A DNA stretch of 64,000 bases from Candidatus Latescibacterota bacterium (lineage in GTDB: Bacteria > Latescibacterota > UBA2968 > UBA8231), in NCBI GenBank assembly GCA_965197905.1, contig CBDAOB010000002.1, forward strand, positions 399,595 to 463,594. The letters are read 5' to 3'. The number at the start of each line of letters is the position of its first letter. Positions within the stretch are counted from its first letter, which is position 1. This document shows positions 20,995 to 30,881 of this stretch, in pieces. Both the position numbers and the translations under genes were made by a program. The notes below the pieces were generated by a model, which worked only from the letters and a program-made list of their open reading frames with translations, did not search any database and was not told the origin of the DNA.

Positions 20995-22455
20995 ATGTCA
21001 TTGCCACTCAGAAAGACCGATTCCAAGGAACTGTCGCTTTTCATCAATTCCCGCTCGCCGGAGGGTGGTCTGTTCGAGGGCGATCGAACCAACCTTCATC
21101 CGGAGAGCCGGCTGCCCTGGCGGATCTCACCCGAACCGTTCTGGCTTACCCCGCGACAGGTCCAATTCCTGCAGGATCTCGGTCCTTTGCTGATGAGGTT
21201 CTACACCGCCAGCAATCTGTTATACCATCAAAGCGTAAAAGGCATCCGGCCGACGTGGATCCACGAGTACCTCGACATTGGAAAGCCGGAGCGGGTTATC
21301 GATTTCGGTCGCATGAACCGGTTTCGCACGCAGCTGCCGCTCATCATGCGACCCGACCTGCTGCTCACCGAAGATGGTTTCCGCGTAACGGAGCTCGACT
21401 CTATTCCGGGGGGCATTGGTTTTACCGGTCAGATTGCAGAGGTCTACGCGGAACTGGGGTACGACATCGTCGGCGGTGGAGATGGTCTGGTGACCGGGTT
21501 CTACGATGCTGTTCGGGCCAGCACCGCGCAGGAATCCCCGGTCGTGTTGATCCTCGTCTCCGACGAATCGGGCAACTATCGCGAGGAGATGACCTGGCTT
21601 GCCGACCAGCTCCGGGAACGCGGGTGTCCGGTTTACTGCCGGCATCCGAAAGAGCTTCGTTTCGACGACGACGGCTTGCTAATAAAGGATGGGAACGATC
21701 GCAAACGAGTGGACTCGGTATACCGTTTCTTCGAGATGTTCGATCTGCCGAACATACCCAAGATCGAGCTCGTCACCTATTTCGCCAAAAAGAACGCGGT
21801 CAAGCTCACCCCTCCACCCAAAGCGTTTCTGGAGGAAAAACTATGGCTCGCCCTGCTGCACCATCCGCTGCTGCTGGAATACTGGGAGCGCGAGCTTGGT
21901 GACGCCGACACCGCGCAGCTTCGACAGATCGTTCCGTACACCTGGATCCTGGATAACCGTCCAGTCCCCCCGCACTCAGTTATTCCGTCACTCGCGGTCG
22001 GCGGTCATGCGGTGGGCGAGTGGAGCGACTTGGATCATCTTACCAAACGCGAGCGGGAGCTGGTTGTAAAACCGTCCGGTTTCTCAGAAAATGCTTCACA
22101 AAGTCGAGACGTTGCCATCGGTCACGACATGCCGGAGAAGGAGTGGCAGTCCCGGCTGCATGTCGCACTGAGCCGTTTTCAGGATGGCCCATACATCCTC
22201 CAGAAGTTCTACAAATCTTCGCAGGTGCGTATGCAGTACTATGATTTCGATCGCGGCGACACCCGACCGATGCGCGGCCGCGCCTTGCTGCGACCCTATT
22301 ATTACCTTGTCGGTTCGGAACCGAAACTGGCCGGAGTGCAGGCCCTCGTCTGCCCCCCGGACAAGAAGCTTCTTCACGGTATGTCGGATGCCATCCTCGT
22401 GCCCTGTGCTACCGGAAACGAAGGGAACGCGACGGCTCCGGCCGTCGGGACCTAA
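20995..22455 (+). CDS. Hypothetical ATP-grasp-like ligase (glutathionylspermidine synthase / circularly permuted ATP-grasp-like)
   Basis: MRPDLLL..GFRVTELDSIPGGIG, VYRFFE, EEKLWLALL, LVVKPSG, YILQKF. Confidence 0.6.
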   Translation: MSLPLRKTDSKELSLFINSRSPEGGLFEGDRTNLHPESRLPWRISPEPFWLTPRQVQFLQDLGPLLMRFYTASNLLYHQSVKGIRPTWIHEYLDIGKPERVIDFGRMNRFRTQLPLIMRPDLLLTEDGFRVTELDSIPGGIGFTGQIAEVYAELGYDIVGGGDGLVTGFYDAVRASTAQESPVVLILVSDESGNYREEMTWLADQLRERGCPVYCRHPKELRFDDDGLLIKDGNDRKRVDSVYRFFEMFDLPNIPKIELVTYFAKKNAVKLTPPPKAFLEEKLWLALLHHPLLLEYWERELGDADTAQLRQIVPYTWILDNRPVPPHSVIPSLAVGGHAVGEWSDLDHLTKRERELVVKPSGFSENASQSRDVAIGHDMPEKEWQSRLHVALSRFQDGPYILQKFYKSSQVRMQYYDFDRGDTRPMRGRALLRPYYYLVGSEPKLAGVQALVCPPDKKLLHGMSDAILVPCATGNEGNATAPAVGT

Positions 22456-22457
22456 AC

Positions 22458-23507
22458 ATGACGACAGCGACCACAGAGTCCGTAGAGCTGGATCAAAAGC
22501 TCGAGCGCCTCAACGAGATTCTCGGTTCCATGGGCAGCATGCTCATCGGCTACTCCGGCGGAGTGGACAGCGCACTGCTGGCGCTTGCCGCCCACAAGGT
22601 TCTGGGGCGGAACGCCATCGCCGTTACCGCCGATTCCGAGAGTTACGCCAGTGGCGAGCTCGAAGCGGCCAGCCGCATCGCCGGCAACTTCGGAATGCGT
22701 CACCTCGTAGTGCGCACTCGCGAGCTTGACAACCCCGACTACGCCAGCAATCCCACCAATCGTTGCTATTTCTGCAAACAGGAGCTTTTCACCCGCCTGA
22801 ACCGAATGGCCCGGGAACTCGGTGTCAATCACCTCGCCTACGGTCAGAACCTCGACGACGTTGGAGATTTCCGGCCCGGTGCCGTGGCCGCCGATGAGTT
22901 CCAGGTGCGCGCTCCGCTGCGCGAGGCGGGTTTGTCGAAGGCAGACGTCAGGGCCCTGGCGAAACGCTGGGACCTGGAGGTCTGGAACCGACCGGCGATG
23001 GCCTGCCTTTCCTCCCGTTTTCCTTACGGCACCCCGATCACGGCGGAGTCGTTGCAAATGGTGGATCGCGCAGAAGCGGCGTTGCGAAATCTCGGCTTCG
23101 AGGAACTCCGCGTCCGTCACCACGATGTTATCGCGCGCATCGAGCTCGATGTCCAATCGCTGGAATCGCTGTTGCAGAACACCCGGGTGAAGGCAGAGTT
23201 GGTGAAGGAACTTCGTGCGGCCGGATATGCGAAGGTCACTATCGACCTGCGGGGATTTCGCACGGGCAGCATGAACGAGACCCTGCTGAGCATTGACCCG
23301 GATTCCGACCCCGGAGAACACCACTGGCATCGCGCGGTCGCCGAATTCGGGGTCGACGGTTCATTCGAGCATCGAGATCGCATGCTGGTTTTTGCGGTAC
23401 CCGCGACTCAGTTCGCAGCCTTAGTCGAACATCGCGCCGCCATTGCTGAGCGGCTCGGTTCGTTTGGCTTCAACTTCATCGCCGTGGATCTGACACCAAG
23501 ACCGTGA
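22458..23507 (+). CDS. larE: LarE-like ATP-dependent sulfur transferase with C-terminal extension
   Basis: YSGGVDS PP-loop, NRCYFCK, DDVGDFRPG, ACLSSRFPYG, LRVRHH, TIDLRGFRTGSMN. Confidence 0.88.
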   Translation: MTTATTESVELDQKLERLNEILGSMGSMLIGYSGGVDSALLALAAHKVLGRNAIAVTADSESYASGELEAASRIAGNFGMRHLVVRTRELDNPDYASNPTNRCYFCKQELFTRLNRMARELGVNHLAYGQNLDDVGDFRPGAVAADEFQVRAPLREAGLSKADVRALAKRWDLEVWNRPAMACLSSRFPYGTPITAESLQMVDRAEAALRNLGFEELRVRHHDVIARIELDVQSLESLLQNTRVKAELVKELRAAGYAKVTIDLRGFRTGSMNETLLSIDPDSDPGEHHWHRAVAEFGVDGSFEHRDRMLVFAVPATQFAALVEHRAAIAERLGSFGFNFIAVDLTPRP

Positions 23508-24052
23508 TTCGCGAGATCGTCAAATACGGATCGAAGGTTTTGCGGGAAAACGCGGCACCCGTGGATGCGGTCGATGACGAGATCAAGCAGCTCGTCGACG
23601 ATTTGTTCGACTCCATGAGCGAGGCCGAAGGCGTGGGATTGGCGGCGCCCCAAATCGGAATCTCGCGCCGGGTCATCGCCGTTGATGTTTCCCCACAGCA
23701 TGGCGAAACGCCACCCCTGGCGCTGATCAACCCCCGGATCCTGCAAACAGAGGGCGCCGATGCGGCCGAGGAGGGCTGCCTCAGCATACCCGAGCTCTAC
23801 GGAGAGGTTGAACGGGCGACCCGCATCGAAGTGAAAGCCCTCGACGCCACCGGGAAGCCATCCCAATTCGTCGCCGAGGATTTTTATGCTCGTGTCCTGC
23901 AGCACGAAATCGACCACCTGAACGGGATCCTCTTTATCGATCACATCAGTCCGCTGAAGAGGCAGTTGATGCGTGGCGCCCTCAAGCGCCTGCGCAAAGA
24001 GGGAGAGTTGTGGGACGAGGAACACCGGGAAGGGGCGCACCAGTTAGGGTAA
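23504..24052 (+). CDS. def: Peptide deformylase
   Basis: GVGLAAPQIG, EGCLS, QHEIDHLNG. Confidence 0.96.
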   Translation: MIREIVKYGSKVLRENAAPVDAVDDEIKQLVDDLFDSMSEAEGVGLAAPQIGISRRVIAVDVSPQHGETPPLALINPRILQTEGADAAEEGCLSIPELYGEVERATRIEVKALDATGKPSQFVAEDFYARVLQHEIDHLNGILFIDHISPLKRQLMRGALKRLRKEGELWDEEHREGAHQLG

Positions 24053-24054
24053 AG

Positions 24055-24876
24055 TTATTCAGCCTCGAAAAACTGAATCTCCTTCGCTCCGGAGTTTCCT
24101 CCTGTAGTTTCGACCGCTTCTATCCGCACGCTCCGCGCCACGATCGAGTACTCAAATTCGAACCGATAGAACTCCGCTGGGTCGGGCGTGGAGAACGGCC
24201 CGAGCTCCACGGATCCCGGTTCGAAGATCAAACGAACAGCGAGAATAATCGAGCTTCCATCGGGCATCTCCCGGCTGCGGAATCCGAATCCGCTAAGGGT
24301 CCGCTCGTTCCCGAAGTCGAGCGACACTGAAGCCCCGTCCCCATCTCCGTTGGTCGCCCACTCGGTGGTCATGAGCCCGTCGAAAGCGTTGTTGGCGCCC
24401 CACGTGGCGTCGTTTGACGCGCCGCCGAAGTTGCTGCTGACATCCACGACCTGCGAACCCTTTGTTGTCAAAGCGATGTTCACGGAGGAAAGGGCTGCTG
24501 CCGCGAGGGTGGTGAACTCCTGAACCCCTGAAAAGAAAGTGCGCTCGTCTTCGGTGGATGCCTTGGCGCGATAATAGTAGGTCGTACTTGGCGTAAGATC
24601 CTCGATCGGAACATTGTGGTCGATTGCGAAAAGTGCTCCGCTCATTGACGGATCGAAGGCGGACCGATTCAGAGTATTCGCAGCCGTTCCGTATTCGGCC
24701 TCGCAGGTGGTGGGTGCGCTCGTTGCGAAGCGGATCACGGCTCGAGTCGCAGATATCTCCTCGGCGCGCAGCTCTAGAATCTCAACCTCAGAGGAGGCAG
24801 AGGTTGACTTGTCGCCGTCGCCGCAAGCGATAAGTGCAACGCAGCACAGTATTCCAGCCATGGTAACTTTGATCAC
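24055..24876 (-). CDS. Lipoprotein with FN3/purple-acid-phosphatase-N-like and discoidin (F5/8-type C)-like domains
   Basis: LIA-C lipobox; HNVPIEDLTPSTTYYYRAKA; ANNAFDGLMTTEW...SLDFG...EIQFF. Confidence 0.7.
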   Translation of the reverse strand: MIKVTMAGILCCVALIACGDGDKSTSASSEVEILELRAEEISATRAVIRFATSAPTTCEAEYGTAANTLNRSAFDPSMSGALFAIDHNVPIEDLTPSTTYYYRAKASTEDERTFFSGVQEFTTLAAAALSSVNIALTTKGSQVVDVSSNFGGASNDATWGANNAFDGLMTTEWATNGDGDGASVSLDFGNERTLSGFGFRSREMPDGSSIILAVRLIFEPGSVELGPFSTPDPAEFYRFEFEYSIVARSVRIEAVETTGGNSGAKEIQFFEAE

Positions 24877-24973
24877 GATAGGCTCCCCGAAACGTAGTTT
24901 GTCATTCCCTTAGATTCACCAAATAACCTAGAAGATTCCTAGAAAATGTCAGAAAACGTGCGGCTGAGGTCGG

Positions 24974-25002
24974 TTGACAATGCCGGGGGCAGCCGTTAGC
25001 TT
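24974..25002 (+). promoter_or_regulatory. Sigma-70 promoter of tRNA-Asp
   Basis: TTGACA-N17-TAGCTT. Confidence 0.7.
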
Positions 25003-25017
25003 TTTTTGTCTTATAAC

Positions 25018-25094
25018 GGGATCGTAGTTCAGCTGGTTAGAACGCCGGCCTGTCACGCCGGAGGTCGCGAGTTCGAGTCTCGTCGGTCCCGCCA
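25018..25094 (+). tRNA. tRNA-Asp(GTC)
   Basis: GGGATCG/CGGTCCC acceptor stem, CCGGC-CTGTCAC-GCCGG anticodon arm, TTCGA, encoded CCA. Confidence 0.96.
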
Positions 25095-25103
25095 TCGAAC
25101 CTG

Positions 25104-25147
25104 GGCCCAGGGGAATGCTGTTGATTCTCTGGGCCTTACTGTTTTTG
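25104..25147 (+). terminator. Intrinsic terminator after tRNA-Asp
   Basis: GGCCCAGGGGAAT/ATTCTCTGGGCC stem followed by TTACTGTTTTTT. Confidence 0.55.
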
Positions 25148-25183
25148 AGCTAGATCTTCCAAAAAACGCAACCTCGCCCGGCA

Positions 25184-26434
25184 TCATTCACCCGGCTTCG
25201 CTCTGCCCATCCTCGACCTGCTGAACGACCAGAACAACCCAGACCCCAACACCGAGATTGCCGCACCGGCCAGGAACATTTTCGAGAATCCTATGCCGGC
25301 AATAGCAAAGCCGCCGGCTATCGAGCTGAGCGAATAGCTCAATCCACCTGCCATGTTGAAAGCTCCGGCCATCGAGGTACGCCATTCTTGCGGAGCCAGC
25401 TCCTGGTGGTACACCGTGATCGCCGCATAACGCATGGTTGCAAGACCGGTAAGGACCAGGTAGGATGCGCCGGCGACCCACCATACGGGATAAAGGGCGA
25501 TGGGAAGTATCGCGACGGCACCCATGATACTGGTGATAGCCACAACCGAGCCATGACGTAGGCGTTTGGTTAGAAACGGGGTGGCCAGGCCACCGATTCC
25601 TCCAGACAGTTGCGCGCAGGCTAACAAGAGGCCGATCAACGCCGTTGACACACCCAAGCCTTCATCGAGATAGACATTGAAAAACGATTGAACGGCTCCG
25701 AACCCCAGGTACTGGATCATCGCTATGGTTGCCAAAAGCGCGATAAGGAAGCGCGGGCCGCTTTTCTTGCTGGTGTGCCCAGTCGTTCTGGGGCTCACCG
25801 GCGGTTCCGTCGTCGCGCTCAGGGCGAGAATCGCCGGGGCAAACAGGAGGCTGCCGATGAACAACGCCCATCCGTACGGAGCAGAGCTGTTGAGATCGAC
25901 GGCGAGCACCGCCGCACACAGATCTGGCAGCACACCCCCAACCAGGCTCCCCACGACGCCGGCCAGCGGCCACATGGCTGTGTGGATCGAAAACGCGTGC
26001 GTTCTCTCGGCCCGACCCGTGACCGCCATCATAAACGGATGCGCGTTCACGATGTAGAGTGCGAACCCCAAAGAGCGTACGAGCCGCACCCCGATTAACC
26101 ATTCTGCTCGCATCGGCACGGGGACGTATTCGGTAGCAGCTACTAGACCACTACACAGAGTCGCGATCACCGTTCCGACGATCATTGCCCGTCGGGTGCC
26201 GAGGCGTCGTCCTACCGCAGCCGCCGGAAGCCCGAAAAGGGCAAACGCAAACGAACTGGTCCCGTTCACCATGCCTAAGAATTCCGGACCGAATCCAAGC
26301 CGCAGTATGTAGAGATTCAGCAGAACGCCAAAGATGCCCATGGAAGCTATCGTGAAACCGGCCAGGGCGGCCGACAGCAGGTAGAGTCGTACGCTCAAGC
26401 TCAGGCTCCGAACCGCGGAGGTGTAGGTGGTCAA
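25184..26434 (-). CDS. MFS transporter
   Basis: 416 aa, about 12 hydrophobic segments, GRRLGTRRAM loop motif. Confidence 0.85.
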   Translation of the reverse strand: MTTYTSAVRSLSLSVRLYLLSAALAGFTIASMGIFGVLLNLYILRLGFGPEFLGMVNGTSSFAFALFGLPAAAVGRRLGTRRAMIVGTVIATLCSGLVAATEYVPVPMRAEWLIGVRLVRSLGFALYIVNAHPFMMAVTGRAERTHAFSIHTAMWPLAGVVGSLVGGVLPDLCAAVLAVDLNSSAPYGWALFIGSLLFAPAILALSATTEPPVSPRTTGHTSKKSGPRFLIALLATIAMIQYLGFGAVQSFFNVYLDEGLGVSTALIGLLLACAQLSGGIGGLATPFLTKRLRHGSVVAITSIMGAVAILPIALYPVWWVAGASYLVLTGLATMRYAAITVYHQELAPQEWRTSMAGAFNMAGGLSYSLSSIAGGFAIAGIGFSKMFLAGAAISVLGSGLFWSFSRSRMGRAKPGE

Positions 26435-26672
26435 CGAACCTCCGCCTGTTTGGAGATACTCAATGATGCCATCCGGGTGAATCCAGAAGAATCCATGACA
26501 GTCAAAGAAATACGATCACGGCCCGCGTTTTCGAAAGTCGGTTGACCCTGAAGGCGGACTCAAAGTGCTTCTTTGAGTCCAGGAACCGCGTTCGATTCCC
26601 CTGGTCTAGACAGGATCGAGACGGTTGTGCTTTGAGACCTTCAACATCTAAGTTAGCGAAGAGGAGTTTGAG

Positions 26673-28571
26673 ATGGTCCGATGTTCAAGAAGGCAGTGCT
26701 TCTTAACGTTCTTGTGTCTTGGCGCGATTGCATTTTCGGCACCCCCAGCCGACGCATGCGGCGGCTTTTTCTGTACCACCTTCCCAATGAACCAGGTAGG
26801 AGAGCGTATCCTCTTCGTGGCGGACGGCGAAACGGTAACTACCCATGTGCAGATTCAGTACAGCGGCAGCGCCGAGGATTTCGCCTGGGTACTGCCGGTG
26901 CCCGTCTTACCCGAACTGGCCGTAAGCCACAACGAACTGTTTCGCCAATTGCAGTTTGCGACTCAACCCTCGTTTTTTCTCGAATGGCAGGAAAACGAAA
27001 CATGCGGTTTCGTCGGCCCTCCCATTTTCCGGACCCTTGAGGAAGCCGCCGTAGACGATGGTGGAGTGCAGATTGTCGCTGAAGAACGGGTCGGACCCTA
27101 CCAAACAGCGGTGATCACTGCCGAAGACCCTGCCGCTGTCTCAGAATGGCTGAGCGCCAACGGGTACAACCTGGATGCACTGGGCGATGCATTGTTGGCG
27201 CCGTACGTGGATGCCGGATTCTATTTCGTCGCCCTGCGCCTCGCCCCTGACCAGGGCATAGGCGACCTCCAACCCATCGCCCTCACCTACGCCGCGGAGA
27301 ACCCAGGAATTCCCATTCGGTTGACGGCCGTAGCGACTGAGCCGAACATGGGCGTGCTGGTCTGGGTTCTTGGAGAGCATCGCGCCATACCCAATAACTA
27401 TCTTCACGTGCAGATCAACGAGGCCCGCATCGACTGGTTCAATGGCGGATTCAACTACAACGACGTCGTTACCGAGGCAGCCGACGAGGCCGGCGGCCAG
27501 GCGTTTGTGACGGATTACGCCGGACCCGGTGTTATCATGGACGATCGTTTGTTCGATGAGAAACGGGTAGACCTGCAGCGCCTGCGAGAGATTGATGATC
27601 CGGCAGAGTTCCTCGACGTGACCCTGACCCAGGGCCTTCCTCGTGATGACCAGATGCGCGCCTTGATCCGTCGACACATACCGATGTCGGAGGAAGTTTT
27701 GGAGGAGGGCGTGCTGGAGATCGTTTTCGGCGGAGATCGGGAAGCATACCGGCGGGCCCAGGAACAAGATCAGCTCTTGTCGATTGCAGAGTCATCCTTC
27801 TACAACAACATGCGGGCGTACGAAGAGTATATGGACGACTTTGAATTTGACCCGGCCGCCCTGGTTGAGGATTTGCAGTCGGTCGTCGTCGACCCGCTGA
27901 GACAGGTCCAGGAGTTGTTCCAACAGGATAGTTATTTGACCCGCCTCTTCACCACACTCTCTGCCGAAGAAATGACTGTGGACCCGATGTTTTCGTTCAA
28001 TCCCGATCTTGCGCCTGTCGAGAATCTGCGCAGCGCAATGGCGCACTGGGAATGCCCCGACAAGGATCGCGAGGAGATACAGGTCGAGGAGCTGACCTTG
28101 GTGGTCACGCTGAAAGACGGCCGCGAGATTCGCTCACAACCGTTTGTCGAGGGCGGTCCCCGTCCGATCCCCGTTCAACCTGCCGCCGCCGTCGTGGAGC
28201 GCATGAGCGACAGCGGCCCTCCGGAGTTGATTCGGAGACTCACCTGGGTCAAGGCTGGCGCCACGGTGGAGACGAGACCATTGCGGTGGTCTCTGCTTCC
28301 CAACTATCCCAATCCATTCAACTCGGGAACAACCATCCCGATTTTCGTAACATCCGTGGGCGATGGCCGGACGAGAGCTGCTCTTCGCATCTACAACCTC
28401 GCGGGCCAGGAGGTGCGTTCGCTAATCGCCGGCCTGGCGCGACCGGGCATGAACTATCTCTCATGGGATGGCACAGACGAGAACGGGCGGGCGATGGCCA
28501 GCGGAGTTTACCTGGCACGACTCGATGACACCGAATCGACGAAGACCCGGAAACTGCTATTGTTGCGCTAG
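26673..28571 (+). CDS. DUF2330 family protein with C-terminal FlgD-Ig/T9SS type A sorting-like domain
   Basis: ACGGFFC, HVQIQYSG..FAWVLPVP, IPIRLTAVA, YLTRLFTTLSAEEMTVDP; tail NYPNPFN...IYNLAGQEVR...WDGTDENG..ASGVYLARL...KLLLLR. Confidence 0.82.
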   Translation: MVRCSRRQCFLTFLCLGAIAFSAPPADACGGFFCTTFPMNQVGERILFVADGETVTTHVQIQYSGSAEDFAWVLPVPVLPELAVSHNELFRQLQFATQPSFFLEWQENETCGFVGPPIFRTLEEAAVDDGGVQIVAEERVGPYQTAVITAEDPAAVSEWLSANGYNLDALGDALLAPYVDAGFYFVALRLAPDQGIGDLQPIALTYAAENPGIPIRLTAVATEPNMGVLVWVLGEHRAIPNNYLHVQINEARIDWFNGGFNYNDVVTEAADEAGGQAFVTDYAGPGVIMDDRLFDEKRVDLQRLREIDDPAEFLDVTLTQGLPRDDQMRALIRRHIPMSEEVLEEGVLEIVFGGDREAYRRAQEQDQLLSIAESSFYNNMRAYEEYMDDFEFDPAALVEDLQSVVVDPLRQVQELFQQDSYLTRLFTTLSAEEMTVDPMFSFNPDLAPVENLRSAMAHWECPDKDREEIQVEELTLVVTLKDGREIRSQPFVEGGPRPIPVQPAAAVVERMSDSGPPELIRRLTWVKAGATVETRPLRWSLLPNYPNPFNSGTTIPIFVTSVGDGRTRAALRIYNLAGQEVRSLIAGLARPGMNYLSWDGTDENGRAMASGVYLARLDDTESTKTRKLLLLR

Positions 28572-28626
28572 TCTTCCTCGCAGTCTGCCGCATGATCGGA
28601 TCCGCTGACCGGTGCGTTTCTTCCTT

Positions 28627-29733
28627 ATGAAATCGATTCTCGCCTGTGGTTTTGTCTCGTTGCTGGCGACTGAACCTGCGGACGGTCAGTTTTTCGCCGA
28701 TCCCGCGCTCCAGACTCAAGTTCGCTCGGCGCTGGGTGAGGGGAACGGTTCCTTTCGTTCCGAAAGTTTTGACGGATTGCGCTATCTAATGGCGGGGAAT
28801 GCCTCGATCGCCAGCTTGCAAGGCCTCGAGCAAGCCGGCAACCTTGACCTCTTACAGCTCCACCGCAACCGTATTACATCCCTCCAGCCGCTCTCCTCAC
28901 TGCGCAAACTCTCCTGGCTGGATCTGGAACAGAACCGCATCCGAGATCTGGTTCCGCTCGAGAATCTTCGCGAGCTGGAACATCTGAATCTGCAGTCCAA
29001 CCGGGTGGTAGATCTAAGCCCTCTAAAGGATCTGACCCACCTGCGGAGTCTTTGGGCAGGGAACAATCTAGTCAGTGAATTGCGGCCGCTGGTCCATCTA
29101 TTTCACTTGGAGGATCTGGGTCTGGCCAAGAATCGGATCTACGACCTGCGACCGTTGGCGGGCTTGGTACACCTCAACAAGCTGCACCTATCGCAGAATT
29201 CCGTGGATGATTTGGGACCGCTGTCGGGAATGGCGGAGATGGAGCACCTCAGCTTCGCCGGCAACCAGGTGTCTGACCTCATGCCCCTGGCCGGGTTGAA
29301 ACATCTGGTGCATCTTGCGGCACATGGCAATCACGTGACGGACGTGGAGCCCCTGAGCAATCTTCACAGCCTTAGGTTTCTGCGACTGACAGACAACCAG
29401 ATCTCTAATCTCGAGGGACTGGGCGGTTTGGATAACCTCGTGGAGTTGCGAATATCCAACAACGAATTGTCGGACCTGGCTGCCCTTTCGACTTTGGTCC
29501 GGTTGGAGGTTCTTGAGGCGGGTCACAATAGCGTCTCCGATCTTTGCCCGCTTTCGTCGTTGCATCATCTGGAAGTCCTGCAGATTCCCGGCAACGAGGT
29601 CTCCGATTTGACCCCAGTGATGTCACTGGAGCGACTTAAGGTCCTGGAAGTCTGGGGCAACCCGCTAAATGCGGTAGCGAAGAATCGGCAGATTCCATCC
29701 CTGGAGTCGAGAGGCATCACAGTTTCCTGGTAG
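28627..29733 (+). CDS. Secreted internalin-like leucine-rich-repeat protein
   Basis: Signal peptide; about 14 tandem 22-aa LxxLxLxxNxIxDLxPL repeats. Confidence 0.88.
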   Translation: MKSILACGFVSLLATEPADGQFFADPALQTQVRSALGEGNGSFRSESFDGLRYLMAGNASIASLQGLEQAGNLDLLQLHRNRITSLQPLSSLRKLSWLDLEQNRIRDLVPLENLRELEHLNLQSNRVVDLSPLKDLTHLRSLWAGNNLVSELRPLVHLFHLEDLGLAKNRIYDLRPLAGLVHLNKLHLSQNSVDDLGPLSGMAEMEHLSFAGNQVSDLMPLAGLKHLVHLAAHGNHVTDVEPLSNLHSLRFLRLTDNQISNLEGLGGLDNLVELRISNNELSDLAALSTLVRLEVLEAGHNSVSDLCPLSSLHHLEVLQIPGNEVSDLTPVMSLERLKVLEVWGNPLNAVAKNRQIPSLESRGITVSW

Positions 29734-29794
29734 GAAGGTGGATCTTCGCCTCGCTGCCTGCACGCAGGGGCGTTTTCAGACCACCACCACCGGT

Positions 29795-30694
29795 TCAGAA
29801 ATTTTCGACGCTGCGCCAGCGCGGGACCTGCGACGGCATGTATGTGGGATGTCGAACTAGCTTTTCATCCATGTTGACGAGGGCTTCGACTCGTTCCCCG
29901 GTCGGTGGATGGCTTCGGAACAGCGCCGCACCAAGATCTTGCTCCACCGTGTGGATAAAGCGAAACCGGCGCAGATACCTTTCCAGCGAGTGGCTGTACT
30001 GTTGCAGTTTGTAGAGTGCCGACGCCAACCCCCGTGGGTCGCCTGTCAGTTTAGCAGCGTCCTCATCGGCGAGGCGCTCGCGGGTCCGCATAAACGCCGC
30101 CAGCAGTAGCGCTGCGCCGGTGGGAGCCAGGCCGAAAAGCGCGATCTCGGACCACAGGTTGTCACCCACGGTACCCCATGCCCCCGATACGAAAAGGAAG
30201 AGCAACGCGAACCCGAAGAGGTGACTCAGGGAGGTTGTGGTTTGCACCACGACTCCGGCCAGCGCACTCAAGGAACTGTCCCTGTTTTTCAGATGGGCGA
30301 ACTCGTGAGCGAGAACGCCAGTGATTTCGCGGCGATCCAAAAGACTCAGCAGGCCTGAGCTGACCGCCATCACCCCATGCGGTTTGCTTATTGCCAAGGC
30401 AAAGGCGTTTGGCATCTCGGACGGATACACCATCAGCTGAGGTGGCGGAATGGACGCCCTCGCGGCCAGCTCGCCGGCGATTCCGTGCAATAACGGAGCT
30501 TCCCACGTCGCGACCTCCCGCGCCCTGTGAAACCGAAGAATCAACCCTGCACCCCTCGGCTGCGCGAGGCCCCTTATGGCTAACCCGATTCCCAAAACCA
30601 ACAGGGCGCCTATCCAGCCGAACAAAGAATAGCTTATAGTGGAAAAAACTCCGAAGATGCCCAGTAGCAGCAGCGCCGATTTGATCCGGTGCAT
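29795..30694 (-). CDS. htpX: HtpX-like M48 zinc metalloprotease
   Basis: MPNAFA, GVLAHEFAH, RERLADEDAA, LASALYKL, FRSHPPTGER. Confidence 0.88.
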   Translation of the reverse strand: MHRIKSALLLLGIFGVFSTISYSLFGWIGALLVLGIGLAIRGLAQPRGAGLILRFHRAREVATWEAPLLHGIAGELAARASIPPPQLMVYPSEMPNAFALAISKPHGVMAVSSGLLSLLDRREITGVLAHEFAHLKNRDSSLSALAGVVVQTTTSLSHLFGFALLFLFVSGAWGTVGDNLWSEIALFGLAPTGAALLLAAFMRTRERLADEDAAKLTGDPRGLASALYKLQQYSHSLERYLRRFRFIHTVEQDLGAALFRSHPPTGERVEALVNMDEKLVRHPTYMPSQVPRWRSVENF

Positions 30695-30881
30695 GATTTT
30701 CTCCCTGTTCAGTATCTGTAGACAAGGAAAGCAAATCTCGCACCTCTTCCTCTACTATTTTCGCAAGTGATTGATTATAAACCACTAGTAAGACCTTCAC
30801 CCGATGCGATGAGGGTTGAGTGAGATGTCATTTGGCAGTGATAGGGATGGAGTGCCACCTGGACAGCCACGACAAAGGGTC

